Shown: one piece after another, positions 1 to 11,499 of the stretch
How the letters are laid out: each line of letters begins with the position of its first letter
Numbering within the stretch: position 1 is the stretch's first letter
DNA from: Penicillus capitatus
Taxonomy: Eukaryota; Plantae; Chlorophyta
DNA length: 64,000 bases
Direction: 5' to 3'
NCBI GenBank assembly: GCA_965649825.1
Contig: OZ287700.1
Location: 1,302,001 to 1,366,000, forward strand
The notes under the pieces: generated by a model
What the model was told of the DNA's origin: nothing
Seen by the model: the letters and a program-made list of their open reading frames with translations, nothing else
Databases searched by the model: none
Made by a program: the position numbers and the translations under genes

Positions 1-576
1 CCCCGACGAGTAACGAGGGTCTCTGTCCTGGAAGCTGTGAAAGCGTTCGTCGTACGTGAAGCGCACGAAGTAGTCCGTGTCCGTCGGAATGCTGTCCGCG
101 TTGCAGAAGGCGACCTTCACCTTTCTGTGTCCAAACAGTCAACAGTCAAACAGCGAAGGGCGGCTGTACGCTCACACCTGTAAATCGTGCCGACCGGAAC
201 GACATCATTCTCTCCGTTGGGTTGCAGAAAAAGCTCGCGTGCGTCGAACGAAATGGCTTCCAGCGTCGGAAGCTGATCTCCGCCGAAAACGTCGTTAGCG
301 ACGCAGAACCACTGCGCGATAAACTCCTCGTTCTGACATGCATACGGAAATACGGTTGGGTAGGTTCTGGGGAAAACGAACGCTGCGAATCTCGACAACG
401 CGGCACACCCAGACGCGATTGTCGTTGCGCTGCAGACCGCCGTACTCCGCGAAGACCTCGACGCACTCTCCGACTTCAACCTGGACCACAGTACGTTCGA
501 CTGCCTCGAGTTCCGAGTCCCTTACCTCGAATGCCAATGAAGGATCGTCGAAGTCGACCAAAAACACGCGTTGCAT
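1..576 (-). CDS. 5' exons (BAH domain) of a second copy of the CMT-like methyltransferase, running off the window
   Basis: Mirror of 59053-59628 (VEVGECVEV..WVCRVVEI, FIAQWF..DARELFL, YFVRFTYD); the remainder lies outside the window. Confidence 0.8.
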
Positions 577-2073
577 TCCAACCTCGGTAATTAAAACGGT
601 CAGAACATCGATGAGCGCTCATTTCTGCAAAACGAATTGTCGCGTCATTCGACGCAAGATAATGAGCGACTGGCGGCAGATGGGTCGACAAACCCATCGC
701 GGTGCATCGCAACTCGCGCGCCACTCTGCAGTGAGCGCGCAGAGTTCAGTTAAACGGCCAGTGTCTCTGGCCGTCGATCAAAACCCGCCCGAAATGACCC
801 GTGTATTCGGCGCCGAACGGGAAACAACCGAACAACGGCGCCAGAACGCCTATCAAACACGCAGCGAAAGCTCTGTCTGACAATAAACTTTAACACACAC
901 TTCTGCACTGTGTCCGCAAGCGCCTTTCTCTTGTAATTCACACTTAGAACAAATGTACGCCTGCCTTTAGCAGCAGACCGTGCTGATGCGGTTTTTGAAC
1001 GACGAAATCCGGTGAGCGCGAACGAAAGGGGCAGAACTCGGAGGCCTGTTGCAATCCATCGCCGCGGATTCTGAGATCTTGGGTTCTTAGACCATCGCAG
1101 CAGAACGATCATGCCTTTGTGTTCTCGATGAGAGCAAAGTTGCGAGCACGATGGGTGCTAGTGGAGCCAAATCGAATCGAGTCTGGGTGATAGCGAGCCT
1201 CTCTGTATCCAACGAAGGCGCAGTCCACGATGTGATGTCGGTCACTTATTCTCGGGGTCTCTGTTCGAGCACTTGCTTGCCTTATCGTCGTCGCGGAAAT
1301 GGATGCATGCATCGATCAACCAAACTACTCGCCCTTCTTGAAGTGTGCCACAGCGATTCTCTCGAAACCCTGAATGCCCAATTAACTGCATGCACTGTCC
1401 GGGATGAAGGATTGGTTCGAGGTGAGAACGTTTGCTCAACCTCTGCGCAGGATGACCCGCGAGCGTCGACTCGGTCATCAGACCGTCGCTGTGATGCGGA
1501 CACTCACGAGAGAAGGCCGATCAGCGGTTCGACTGGTCGGTAATCGAGTTCCGCGATACAGACAGGGATTCAAGCACCTACGAGGCCTCCTCGAAGCAGC
1601 CGGCAGAAAGGTCGGACTCCCCTCGTTCCGAGGCCTCGCTCGATGCGGTCGGAGCAGGCGTCGACACCTCGACCCCAGTGGTTCGAGCTCTCTGTTAAAT
1701 TCTATGCAAGAGACGTTTTTGGTTCTGTTGCATCCTCGCGTGTCGTCGGCGGGCGCAAGGACCGACTCGATCGGTCGACTTCAACGGTCCATTCGGCCGG
1801 TGATCGATGTTCTGTATTCTCGCGGCGGTGCGACGCCGAGTCGCAGTCGACCAGAGTCACAACGACGCCACGCACCTCGCAGCCTCCACATCGACGAGCA
1901 GTCTGTCCGACGTCCGCCAGCAGATCTCTGCAGACTCGGAATACTCGGAGACGGATGGCGTCGACAATTGTGCGCCTTCCGGCGTCGACGCTGCAGATTC
2001 CGCGCGCACTCGACGATTATACCCGGCGGTCGTGCTCGGACTCAATCGTCCATTCTTTCGTGGTGCATGACTC

Positions 2074-3026
2074 ATGATGGAGTACCTCTCTGACAACGAA
2101 CTCTGTCTGATTCTGACACGCCTCGACGGGCAGAGCTACGCGCTCGCGAAGGTAAGCACTCTCCTCGGCCGGCGCTGATTCGAACGCGGCTCTCGTCGTG
2201 GACAGTCCGTCAACCGGCAGTGGTCGCGCGTGTCGCGTGCGCTAGAGGTGAGCGGCCCTTCCTTCTTCTCTCGAGCCCGCGCGTCTGCGCTCCTCCCCAG
2301 GTCCGCAAGGAGCGTTTCATGAGGCAATGGGGACTGATTCGCGTGAACGGCACCCCGAGAGGACCCACCTTCCTCGAAGTGCGACGGTCCCCTTCCTCGC
2401 ACTCGATGCGAGCTCGCTCCTGTGTGCAGACCGCCAGTCTGAACGACTTCGTCCGCCGACACGTCCTGCAGAAGGGAGATTCGCTGGCTAAGCTGGCTGT
2501 GAAGTACAGCTGCTCGGTCCTGGATCTCAAGGTCACGAACAACATCCTGACAGAGCACGCCATCATGTCCCGGAAGGAGCTGCTCGTTCGAGGTCGCGTC
2601 CCGCAGTCCCGCCCCCACGTTCCAGATCGCCGTCTGCAGTCAACTCTAGGGAGGAGATCGGAGGCCAGGTCGGCCGGATCTACTACTCCGCCGAGGCCAA
2701 GCGCGAGTACATGCTGCTGTACCCTCCCGATCACGTCTTCGAGGACGAAGACGCCTCCGCCGACGCCGCGTCGGCCTCGCGGTCGTGGCTCGGCGGCAGC
2801 ACCAGTCCGAAGGCAGAACGCGTTCGCCGGCAGCTGGTTCTGATGCTGACGCGCAGGTTCAAGATCCAGGCGCTCGTGGCCGAAGCCTACCTGGCCGTCG
2901 CCGACTGGGATCCGCTGAGGGCGATCGACCAGTACCGTGAGTTCCCCTCCGCCGCCCCGCGCCGCGAGACGCTGTGTGGTGTGGCCAGAGCAGGACGAGT
3001 ACTGGCAGGAGCACGGACAGCGGTGA
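2074..3026 (+). CDS. F-box/LysM protein (At1g55000-like architecture), left copy, multi-exon
   Basis: MMEYLSDNELCLILTRL..VNRQWSRV is F-box-like. HVLQKGDSLAKLAVKYSCSVLDLKVTNNIL is a LysM motif. GT-AG introns of about 50 bp; inferred stop TGA at 3024-3026. Confidence 0.8.
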
Positions 3027-3080
3027 TCCTCGCCGCCCCTTCTTCCTTGTCTGTTTGTGTACAACGCTCACTGTAAGACG

Positions 3081-4169
3081 TCACTGCCAGAAGTTAATCG
3101 TCCCGTCTGTCGAAGAGGTCAGCAGCGAGTTCTGTTCCGGGTGGACGGTGCAGGAGCAGACGGTGTCCTCGTGCGCCTGGAGCCGCCTCCTGACCACCGC
3201 GTCGACCATCTCCCAGAGGAAGATGCATCCGTCCTCCGACCCCGCGAAGACGTGGGCGTCCGAGCGCGTGAATCCGCACTCGATCTTGAGGCTCCTGTGG
3301 CGATGGCCGGTGTACGTGGCCAGAACGCTCCCGTCAGCCTTGTCCAGCAGGACCAGGGCATCCGACATGCAGGCGCAGAGCACGGAGGCCCCGTCCCTCG
3401 CCAGGGCAAAACCTGAACCTCCCACCTGACGCACTGAGGATCGCCCCGGCCGAGACGGACCTGTGATGGGCTCTGCGAACTGGTCCATGTAGGCGCGCGC
3501 CATCCTCAGGTCGAACCTCTTCAGCACTCCGTCGACGCTCGATGCGAAGATCTCGCACCTCGACGCCGCCACGCACGTCACGCTGTCCTGCACCGCGCAC
3601 CGTCCCTCCCGGCCAGTCGGGAGGGGACGCGACCTTGAAGCCGGTGAGCTGCTGGATGGCGGACGCGCTGCGCGATCGACAGTCCCACACGTTGGCCACC
3701 CTGTCGTAGCCGCCGCTCACCAGGACCTCCTCGTCCGCCGCGTAGACCACCGAGTTGACCGTGCTGTCGTGGCCCCGCATCCTGCGGATGGTGTTTCCGC
3801 TGGCGACGTCCCAGAGGAATATCTGACGGTCGCCGCCGCAGGTCGCGAACTTCGCGTTGTCTCCGGCGATGCAGGCGTCTCGCACCTCGTAGCCGTGCCC
3901 GGCGTACGTCTTGATCAGCAGCCCGCGGTAGGGGTTCCACAGACGCGCCGTCCGATCCTTTACGACGCCTCGCTCGACGAGGCCTGTGCGACGGTGCCTA
4001 CCTTCCCGCAGGAGATGCAGTAGGAGCCCTGGGCGTTGAACCGGACGGCCAGGACCGGTCCCTCGTGGCCCCGGAGGCCGCGCATGAGGGTGCACGGCAG
4101 CTCGGCCTGCGCCTGCGCGTCGGAGTCGTCCTGGGCGTCGTCCGCGTTCGAAGACGTTCCGAAGTCCAT
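3081..4169 (-). CDS. WDR83: WD40-repeat protein WDR83/MORG1-like, left copy
   Basis: LRGHEGPVLAVRFN..CGKDRTARLWNP..IKTYAGHGYEVRD..GHDSTVNSV..SSTDGTINFW; three GT-AG introns. Confidence 0.88.
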
Positions 4170-4187
4170 CGGACGGCGAAGGGAGGA

Positions 4188-6296
4188 TTAGAACAGGAAG
4201 TCCGATGTGACAGTCATCGCCCAGCCGAACTTTTGCAGCAGCGTGTTGGTGTAGATCTTCTCGATCGGCATCTCGTGGCGCTTGCACCAGGCGACGGAGA
4301 TGCGGGGATCGAGGTAGTTGATCTTGGACGTCCCGAGGGCGACGGTCTTCAGGCTCTCCTTGTTCTGCATCTGCACCTGGACCCTCTCCCTCTGCGCCGC
4401 CTTCTTCTCGCGGCGCTTCTGCAGAACGGCGAGCTGCTTCTGGTCCCTGGAGCTCGCTGCCCCCTTCAGATCGCCGATGGCGTCGTCGATCTCGCGGATC
4501 TCCTGCTCGAGCTGGGAGACCTTCTCCGTCAGACGCTCGATCTGGTTGCCGTGCGTCTTGGGCACCGCCCTCTGGTGGTTGCACAGGATCGCCACCTGCG
4601 CACACGGAAGTCCCGGATCTCGGCGCGCCGATCGGGTTCGCGGACCTGCTTGTTGGCCTCGTCGTAGGCCGACCGCTTGCGCTCGACCGGGAGCTGTGCG
4701 TCGAGTTCGGCCTCGAGCTGCTGCTGCAGCGTGATGGACGCGTTGTACGTGCGGAACACCTTGGCAGAGAGCCCGTCCATCAGCTCCTTCAGCTCCCTGT
4801 TCAGGTCCTGCGCGTCGAACAGGTCGAACAGCTGGTCGCCCGGCTGCTTTCCTGCACACAGAGCCCGGGTGGTCGTCGAAGAGGCGTCCATCTGTCCCCT
4901 TACGCGTCCCGTTCCTCCGACAGGTGCAGAAGCCGGCGACGTTGTTGTAGACCTGCTCGTCCACCTTGACCGTGTTCTCGTAGCGGATGGAGTCCTTTCC
5001 GAGGAAGTCGAACCTGATGCGGTTCGGCTGGATGCACTCCACGTTCTCGACCTGCAGGGAATCGCCGCCGCCGCGGGGACGGGTCCGGAGGAGCGGACCT
5101 TCAGCGTGCAGCAGCCGACCGTGTCCGCCTCGTCCTCGTCCTTCTCGTGGCCCGCCCTCAGCGCCAGGCGGTCGATGAAGTACAGCGCCGTGCCCATCTG
5201 CCTCTTCTGCGGATCCTCCGACGTCCAGTCGGCCCGATACTTCTCGCGGATGCGGTCGATGTGCTCCTTCAGCTTCCTGGCCTTCTCGTACTTGGCCATG
5301 TCGTTCTCGCTCTTAAAGGTGCTGTTCGCCGCCAGGAACACGTACTTGAAGTCCTTCGGCGATATGGGATCCTTCCAGAAGGCCAGCCAGGTCACGGCGT
5401 CGTCGTGGCGGACGGCCTTCCAGGACTGTCCGGGATATGGGTGCTCCGGGATCGGCGCGTCTGGACCTATGTTGATCGTGATGTCCCGCGGGTAGATGCG
5501 CCTCTTGATGCGCCCCATCTTCGGATGCTCGCCGCGTCCGCGGAACAGACCCGGGGGCTCCACGCGAAAGTTGCCAACCTAGACGGGCATCCTCGGGCGC
5601 GGCCGCCCTCGAAGACGTTCCGATGCCCACCTGCTCTGGCTGTCCGTCGACCAGGGCCGTCTTGTACTTCTCCTCCGCCTCCTGTTTCCTGAGGCGGATC
5701 TCCTTCTTCTCCTCCTTCGACAGGGCCTTGCTCTTCTGCTTCTCGGCCTGGTGCCACTCGTGGATGGGCCCGAAGTCGATCCTGTCGAACTCCTGGATCA
5801 TGTGATCACCGCCCAGCAGTGCCCGGAAGTCTTCCCAGAAGTTCTTGACGAAGACGGGCTTCCCGGCGTAGTCCGTGTCCAGCATGACCGCGAAGAACGT
5901 CGCGGCCTCCTCCTGCTCCGGCGTCAGATCGACAGGGCGGCCGTCGTAGAGCGGCTTCACGCCGTGGGGCTCGTACTCCGGCGGAAACATGACGCCGTTG
6001 TGCTGCAGCGTGTTCCACCTCTTCTTCACCTCTGCGGACGGGAACTCCTGGAAGGGGGTTGGGAGGGTGTCGAGGGGACTACCGGCAACGCGCTTCTTCC
6101 TGTCGGCCCCGCGCTCTTCGGAAGCCTCGCGCTTTCGCGTCCTGCCGGGGGCTCTGCGTCTGTGGGAGGAGGGGGTGGACTGGCTCGACATCGCGGTCGA
6201 GCTCTTCCGTCCGCTGTACCGCGCACTCAGAGACAGCTCGTCCTCGGACTCGTCGTCGCTGAGCGACATATCCGCCGAGCTCGAAGCACTCGACAT
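4188..6296 (-). CDS. TOP1: DNA topoisomerase I (type IB), left copy
   Basis: WxTLQHNGVMFPPEY, EPPGLFRGRGEHPKMG, YFIDRLALRAGHEKD..ADTVGCCTL, FDFLGKDSIRY, AKVFRTYNAS, and catalytic GTSKINYLDPR; introns about 50 bp. Confidence 0.97.
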
Positions 6297-6663
6297 ACTC
6301 GCAGGGATTCTGCTGCCACCGAGTACGGACAGGCAAGGCAGTTGTGAGTGGACGCGCAAACGATTGGCTGAATTCGCATCATTACAGGGACAGCGATACT
6401 GACAGCGACAGCTGCCGCATATAGGTAAGGAGGCTGTTTATGACTTATTGTATGTACGTTGAATGTGAAAAGGCAGGATTACAGCATAGGCGAACAGTCT
6501 CTGGAAAGATCTTCTCGAGTTGACTTAACTTGCTTCAGAAATCATCGAGACGGGACTGAGCAACAGATGTTCCAAGATATCCACGCCAAGATCTACTAAG
6601 CCATCCACCCTCTTGGTTGTCTGAAGAAGATCCTTCGTCCATACTAAAACACAAGACACTGCA

Positions 6664-7832
6664 TTAAGTGCCAGAGTCGACAGGGTGTTGCACGATTGCA
6701 GTTCCAACAAAGTGGGAACATTGCCCATCGTTGGACTTGCTGAATCGCTTGACATCAGAGGACACTGTCTTCCAATCTTCACTCGAAAATCTTGCATCAA
6801 CTGTTATGCACGAGACCTCTGTTAGATTGCGCGAATTGGATGGGTCACACCTGTTCTGTAGCTGATTTCTCTTCATCTTCCGATCTCTCGATATCAAGTT
6901 CGACAGAACTGCTCTCTCCCATGTCTCTCTTAGTCGTCCACCTTCTGTGAAAGGTATAGAACACAAGTGGGACAGTATACCAGGCCACCACGATGTCCAC
7001 AGTGTAATGCTTGCGTGAGGCAATGATAAGCAGCGACAAAATGGCTCCCATGATCCATGAGAGTATCTTGAGAATAAAAACGCTCCCATACGTTGTGTAT
7101 GTTAAGATCCCCACTAAGATAAACGTTGTGTGTGAAGAAAAGATCAGATCTCCGCAGCCGTAAGCAGCTTGTTGCACTGGGTCGTAGACAATATGTCCAT
7201 ACCAATGCTTTGGCCAGTCCAATGTCGCCGTGTTCTGCCCAGTACGGCAGTGATAGTTCGGAGACGGCAACTGCGTCGATAAGAAGGAGATGATGCGCAG
7301 CGCCTGACACGCAGCCAGAACGGTAAGCAGGCGTGATGCGAGGACAACTGTATAGAATCGTTTTCGGCTCAGTACGAATGGCGAAAGGATCCAGAGAACG
7401 AATGAAATGAAGAGCGTGTAGAAGATACTCTCACTGACCCACGCATTCTCCTCTCCCAATTCCTGCGGCACGTAATCTCAAAAATTTGGGAGAAGGAATA
7501 GGAAGAGTTGACATGCGTGAGCTCGAATCCAAGGTCTCCCAATGGCCGAGACTGAGGCTCGTGCAGGCGCTTTTCCAGTTGGGTGAAGATTCCATGGATG
7601 TATTGAAAGACGATGCCGAAGAGAATCGTCTTCCAGCGATACTTGAGCATGGGAAACTAAAGAAAGGAGAAAGAGCTGAACCAGTTTGTCCGTCTCGGAG
7701 ACCTACTTCCACTACAAACTCCATACGGATACGCCTCCAGATATCTACAAGAAAAGCAGAACAACGCGTCGACGACGCTGAGTCTTCAGGAGTGAAACGT
7801 GCATCGGGCTCGACGCGGATGATACTACTCAT
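6664..7832 (-). CDS. Inositol phosphorylceramide synthase / sphingomyelin-synthase family
   Basis: WKTILFGIVFQYIHG..DLGF, TQLPSPNYHCR, GCGDLIFSSH, IIASRKHYTVD motifs; two 50-bp GT-AG introns. The last exon and stop are uncertain (6845 or 6664). Confidence 0.88.
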
Positions 7833-8402
7833 GGTGGTCTCGACGATGAAATATGTATGTTCGTTCGTCGACTTTCGTTTTAATGGACCATAAATTGACG
7901 GAGACGGTTGGAAGTATTACAGTAGCCGCTCGTGCTGTCAGGCAGTAAGGTCACTTTTTCAGTGATGACGTGACAAAGGCGTTTCGGTTGATGAACTGAA
8001 TCTGTCTTGAGGGCGCAATGAATGGTTGGGAGTGAGCTCATCGAGATCGGTTAGAAAGTAGGGGTCGTCGGATGACGATAGGCGTATTGACTGATCACTA
8101 TTAAGGACGGCTGGGGCATAGATCGCGAGCATGTAAAACTAGAATTGCTCATCCATCCGCTGTTTTGAGCCGTACCCACAATTGTGGATACCGTCCGCTT
8201 AAGATTCGTATCGGGGGGCCTGTCGCAGAACGAAAACGAGTGGCACGACAAAAATCGTCAAAGTTCGCCTACCAAAGATCGACCGTTGTCCGTCTTGCCT
8301 TCAAAAAGTGCCAGTCGGCAGTTTTCGCAACGTAAGCGGCGGAGTGTATTCCTCACAGAAAGAGTATTGATTGAGACCCCCTGTTTTCATAGTTCGAGCA
8401 GC

Positions 8403-9698
8403 ATGGGCTCCGCCATGTCTCGTCCTGAACCACCACGCTCTGAACGTGTGTGTACCACCATTCTGAAATACTCGACTATCGGTCTCTGTGGACTGCAATT
8501 TGTTGTCCGCCGTCTACGTCGACCCGGTAAGCGAACGGCTGTCTTGCGTTCCCCGCGCCCCTCGACAATGAAACTCGTCGGGGTGAATCCGATTGCGCTT
8601 GACTGTGACGTGGTTACCTTATTCCCGAATTCTTCGCGAGAGATTAAGGAACTGCAAGTGCTGGAATCAAAGATGTGCCCCACATTTTTCAACTCGTTGG
8701 ATGCGCTTCTGAACTTGAGCGTCCTCGAACTGAGGGGTGTCGAGGTCGATGATAGAGTTGATCTTTCGTTTCTGAAGAGATTACACAATTTAAGAACTCT
8801 TGTTATTGATGACTGCTTCGAGTTGACGAGTGGCGGCTTGGATATTCTATTACAGTTGCCTCAGCTCGACCGACTGGAACTCGGAATTGAGGCACTGGCG
8901 CAACTCAGTTACGAATTCTGCGCTTCATGTTCGTTTGAACTATCGCTCATTCTTTACGGTCCTCGTTGTTTGAACGATTTTCTAAAACTGATGGCGATTC
9001 AGAATCTCGTGAGTATTTGTTTTATCGATTTTTGGACACTTGTGTATCCAGTGTGGATGAGGGAAATGCCAAAACTTAGATGTTTGTCTTTCAAGAACGG
9101 TATCGTGAAGAATGGTCAAGACAACGACACTGCTGTTTTTCCACCGTCCTTAAAACGCGTCTCCTGCGTTTCTTGTTCTATGGATCGCCAAATCCTAGAA
9201 GCGACGCTTCGCAGTGCAGATCGACTAACCGAATTGGAGCTGGATCTTCCTTTCTTTCCGGAAGACATTGCGATTTCGCACTGTACGAATTTGAATGTTT
9301 TGAGTATTTCAGCAAAGGAATGCGACGGGGAGATGCTTGAACAACTGACGTCGAATAAAGCTCTTCGTGTCATCGAACTCTCTGGGTGTTGCAACTTATC
9401 GCCGCAGCATTTTGTTGCTCTTGACCACTGTCACAGTCTAGTCAAGATATCAATCTCGTGCTCATATCTCAGTCCGGGAGTTTGCGAACAGTTAGCCGCA
9501 CTTAAAGGACTTCAGTACCTCGAGTTTCATTATTGCCTCGGAATTCACCTGAGCGAATTCCGTAATACACGAGGACTCCGATGCCTCATTCTTAACAAAT
9601 GTCACAAGTTACAGGGAGACGTAAACGCATTTCTTACATCACTTCCCGTTCAAGGACTCGATTCGTTCTACTTTGAAGAGATCTCGCCTGGTTCTTAA
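8403..9698 (+). CDS. Intronless LRR protein, paralogue A (N-terminus MGSAMS)
   Basis: Long ORF with LxxLxL repeats (LSVLELRG, LRTLVIDDC, LRVIELSGC). Aligns by eye along its full length with 51174-52451 and 11500-12783. Confidence 0.85.
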   Translation: MGSAMSRPEPPRSERVCTTILKYSTIGLCGLQFVVRRLRRPGKRTAVLRSPRPSTMKLVGVNPIALDCDVVTLFPNSSREIKELQVLESKMCPTFFNSLDALLNLSVLELRGVEVDDRVDLSFLKRLHNLRTLVIDDCFELTSGGLDILLQLPQLDRLELGIEALAQLSYEFCASCSFELSLILYGPRCLNDFLKLMAIQNLVSICFIDFWTLVYPVWMREMPKLRCLSFKNGIVKNGQDNDTAVFPPSLKRVSCVSCSMDRQILEATLRSADRLTELELDLPFFPEDIAISHCTNLNVLSISAKECDGEMLEQLTSNKALRVIELSGCCNLSPQHFVALDHCHSLVKISISCSYLSPGVCEQLAALKGLQYLEFHYCLGIHLSEFRNTRGLRCLILNKCHKLQGDVNAFLTSLPVQGLDSFYFEEISPGS

Positions 9699-11499
9699 TC
9701 CTTGCAGAGTATGAAGTGATGTTGGTGATCTCTTGCACTGATGATGACGTTCTGGTACTGTGTCCTTGCTCAGAGACGTTAACATAGCGTCCACAAACGT
9801 CTTTTGTCAGGAATTTAGTGCTGGCTGAATTTTACAACACAGAAATAATGTCTTCTCTGCAGACACTGCTCCAGTCTGCGGTGTCCGCGAGAAGCGCATT
9901 TCATAGACGTGTTTATGTTCGCATTACCCAATCTGTTATCAACAAGACTCTCTCGTTCCTATATTTCGTAACACAGAGATCTAGAGTGAGACGCGTTACT
10001 GCTATTAGTTTATCCTGTTGGTATTTCATTGCAGCAAAAGTCACTGTTTGTGCCGTCCTTGTGTTTCGCAGAACTGGACATCTGCTGTGCTTCTCCAGTC
10101 CCCGTGCAACGAGGTGGTTTCTTATTCAAAGATCTAACGCACGTTTTGACTTCTTTTTTCCGACCGTCGATTGTATTCTTGACGTATGTATTGTTTGTGG
10201 ATTGTTTGTATCGGAGAGGATTTTGTGGACGGATCGTCGTCAAAATGGCGTTCTCCAAATGTTCTACAACGATCCCAAAAGGAATCCGCACACAGCCTTT
10301 GACATTGCGGTTATATTTGACGCAAAACAGCGGAGAAGTTGAAGATTGACACTCAAATCTCTCACATACATTCATGAATCTGTTCAACTCAAAGCTGATG
10401 GGCGCCCCAATAAATGTGCTCAATGCTAGAGGCAGATATCAACGCGTTTTCACTACTCGTTTTCAACAAAAGACAGAAAATCGAAGAAGAAAATACAAAT
10501 CACATTCGAAAATTCCATAGAGACGTTTCAGTATGCTTGTGTTTCTAATACCTGTTGTCGCACTTTGTTAATTTCTCTTTGTTTGTGTTTTACACACGGT
10601 GTCTCGTCAGAACATACAATGCGTCATGGCTCACGCCCAACACTCATTGTACCACTACTGATCGTGCAAAGCGGACAGAGACTTCACCATCTTCGTCCAC
10701 GGATGCTGCATTGAATGGCGGGTGTACTGACCGATTGCTAAGAACAGTGTCGCGCAGGGCCTTCTTTTCACTGGAATCTCAATGGTGACGTCTTTCAGAT
10801 ATTGCATCGATCGTATCCTCAAGGGTCGTCACCTTCAACTCAGTGGCCGGGAGAATTGGCAACGGCGAAGCCTGCAATCTTCAAACGCGCCGCGGTCTCG
10901 GCGCAATGATTCTCACAATCGTCGCCGGACTGCACTGTCAACGGGACGACGTGTGTATCCGTGCGCCGTCTTTTGTTCGAGACGCAACTGTTACGATCAT
11001 ACGGTTAACAATGCATGCAGGTACATGGCGTTTTTACGTGTCAAGACGCGAATGACCTTTCCTTGCAGATATCGACAAAAGAACACTCTCAGCCGAAGTC
11101 TGATGACACGACGCCGCATCAAAATCCCGTCCTTACGTGGACGGCATTCGTCACGGGATATTTACAGTACACTCCTTAAGATGACGGACGTTCTATCTTT
11201 TCGACACACGACGATTAGAGGTGCGCCGGCGCTTGATTCGCTTGAATGCAAACGAGATTTTGTTCATTCGATTGACGCTAAGCTTTTCGCCTTCAAGGAC
11301 AGTCTTTCCTTTGAGCCACGTGACGGAATCTTAACGTTTGTCGGACGCATCGCAAAGGAATTCGCGCTGTGTCTCTTCGAGTACAAAACTGTCCTTTGCG
11401 TCTCGGACCCACGCATCTGCCGCCTTTGCAACGTAAGCGAACGGGAATATACCGCGTAACACACATTCTTAAGGCCAATACCCTTGCGTTTTCAGGACC

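Larger units (their letters stand above)
1..6551. repeat. Left arm of a >=6.5 kb inverted repeat (continues beyond window start)
   Basis: Position 1 pairs with 59628. Paired coordinates sum to 59629 (outer part), 59628 after a 1-bp indel near 1940, and 59625 after a 3-bp indel near 6440. The ORF track is mirrored, e.g. 77..298+ equals 59331..59552-. Similarity ends at AATCATCGAGAC (6540-6551). Confidence 0.98.

Noticed and set aside
4188-6296. Viral (NCLDV/poxvirus) origin of the GC-rich TOP1/methyltransferase cassette
   Set aside because: The genes have typical host spliceosomal introns and eukaryotic-type TOP1, WDR83 and CMT sequences; no viral hallmark genes are seen.
2136-6402. Many long alternative-frame or antisense ORFs (e.g. 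3334..4605-, 2210..3064-, 4677..5495+, and mirrors such as 55023..56294+)
   Set aside because: They are shadows of GC-rich, GC3-biased TOP1/WDR83/LysM coding sequence, with Arg/Gly/Ala-rich translations and no independent motifs.
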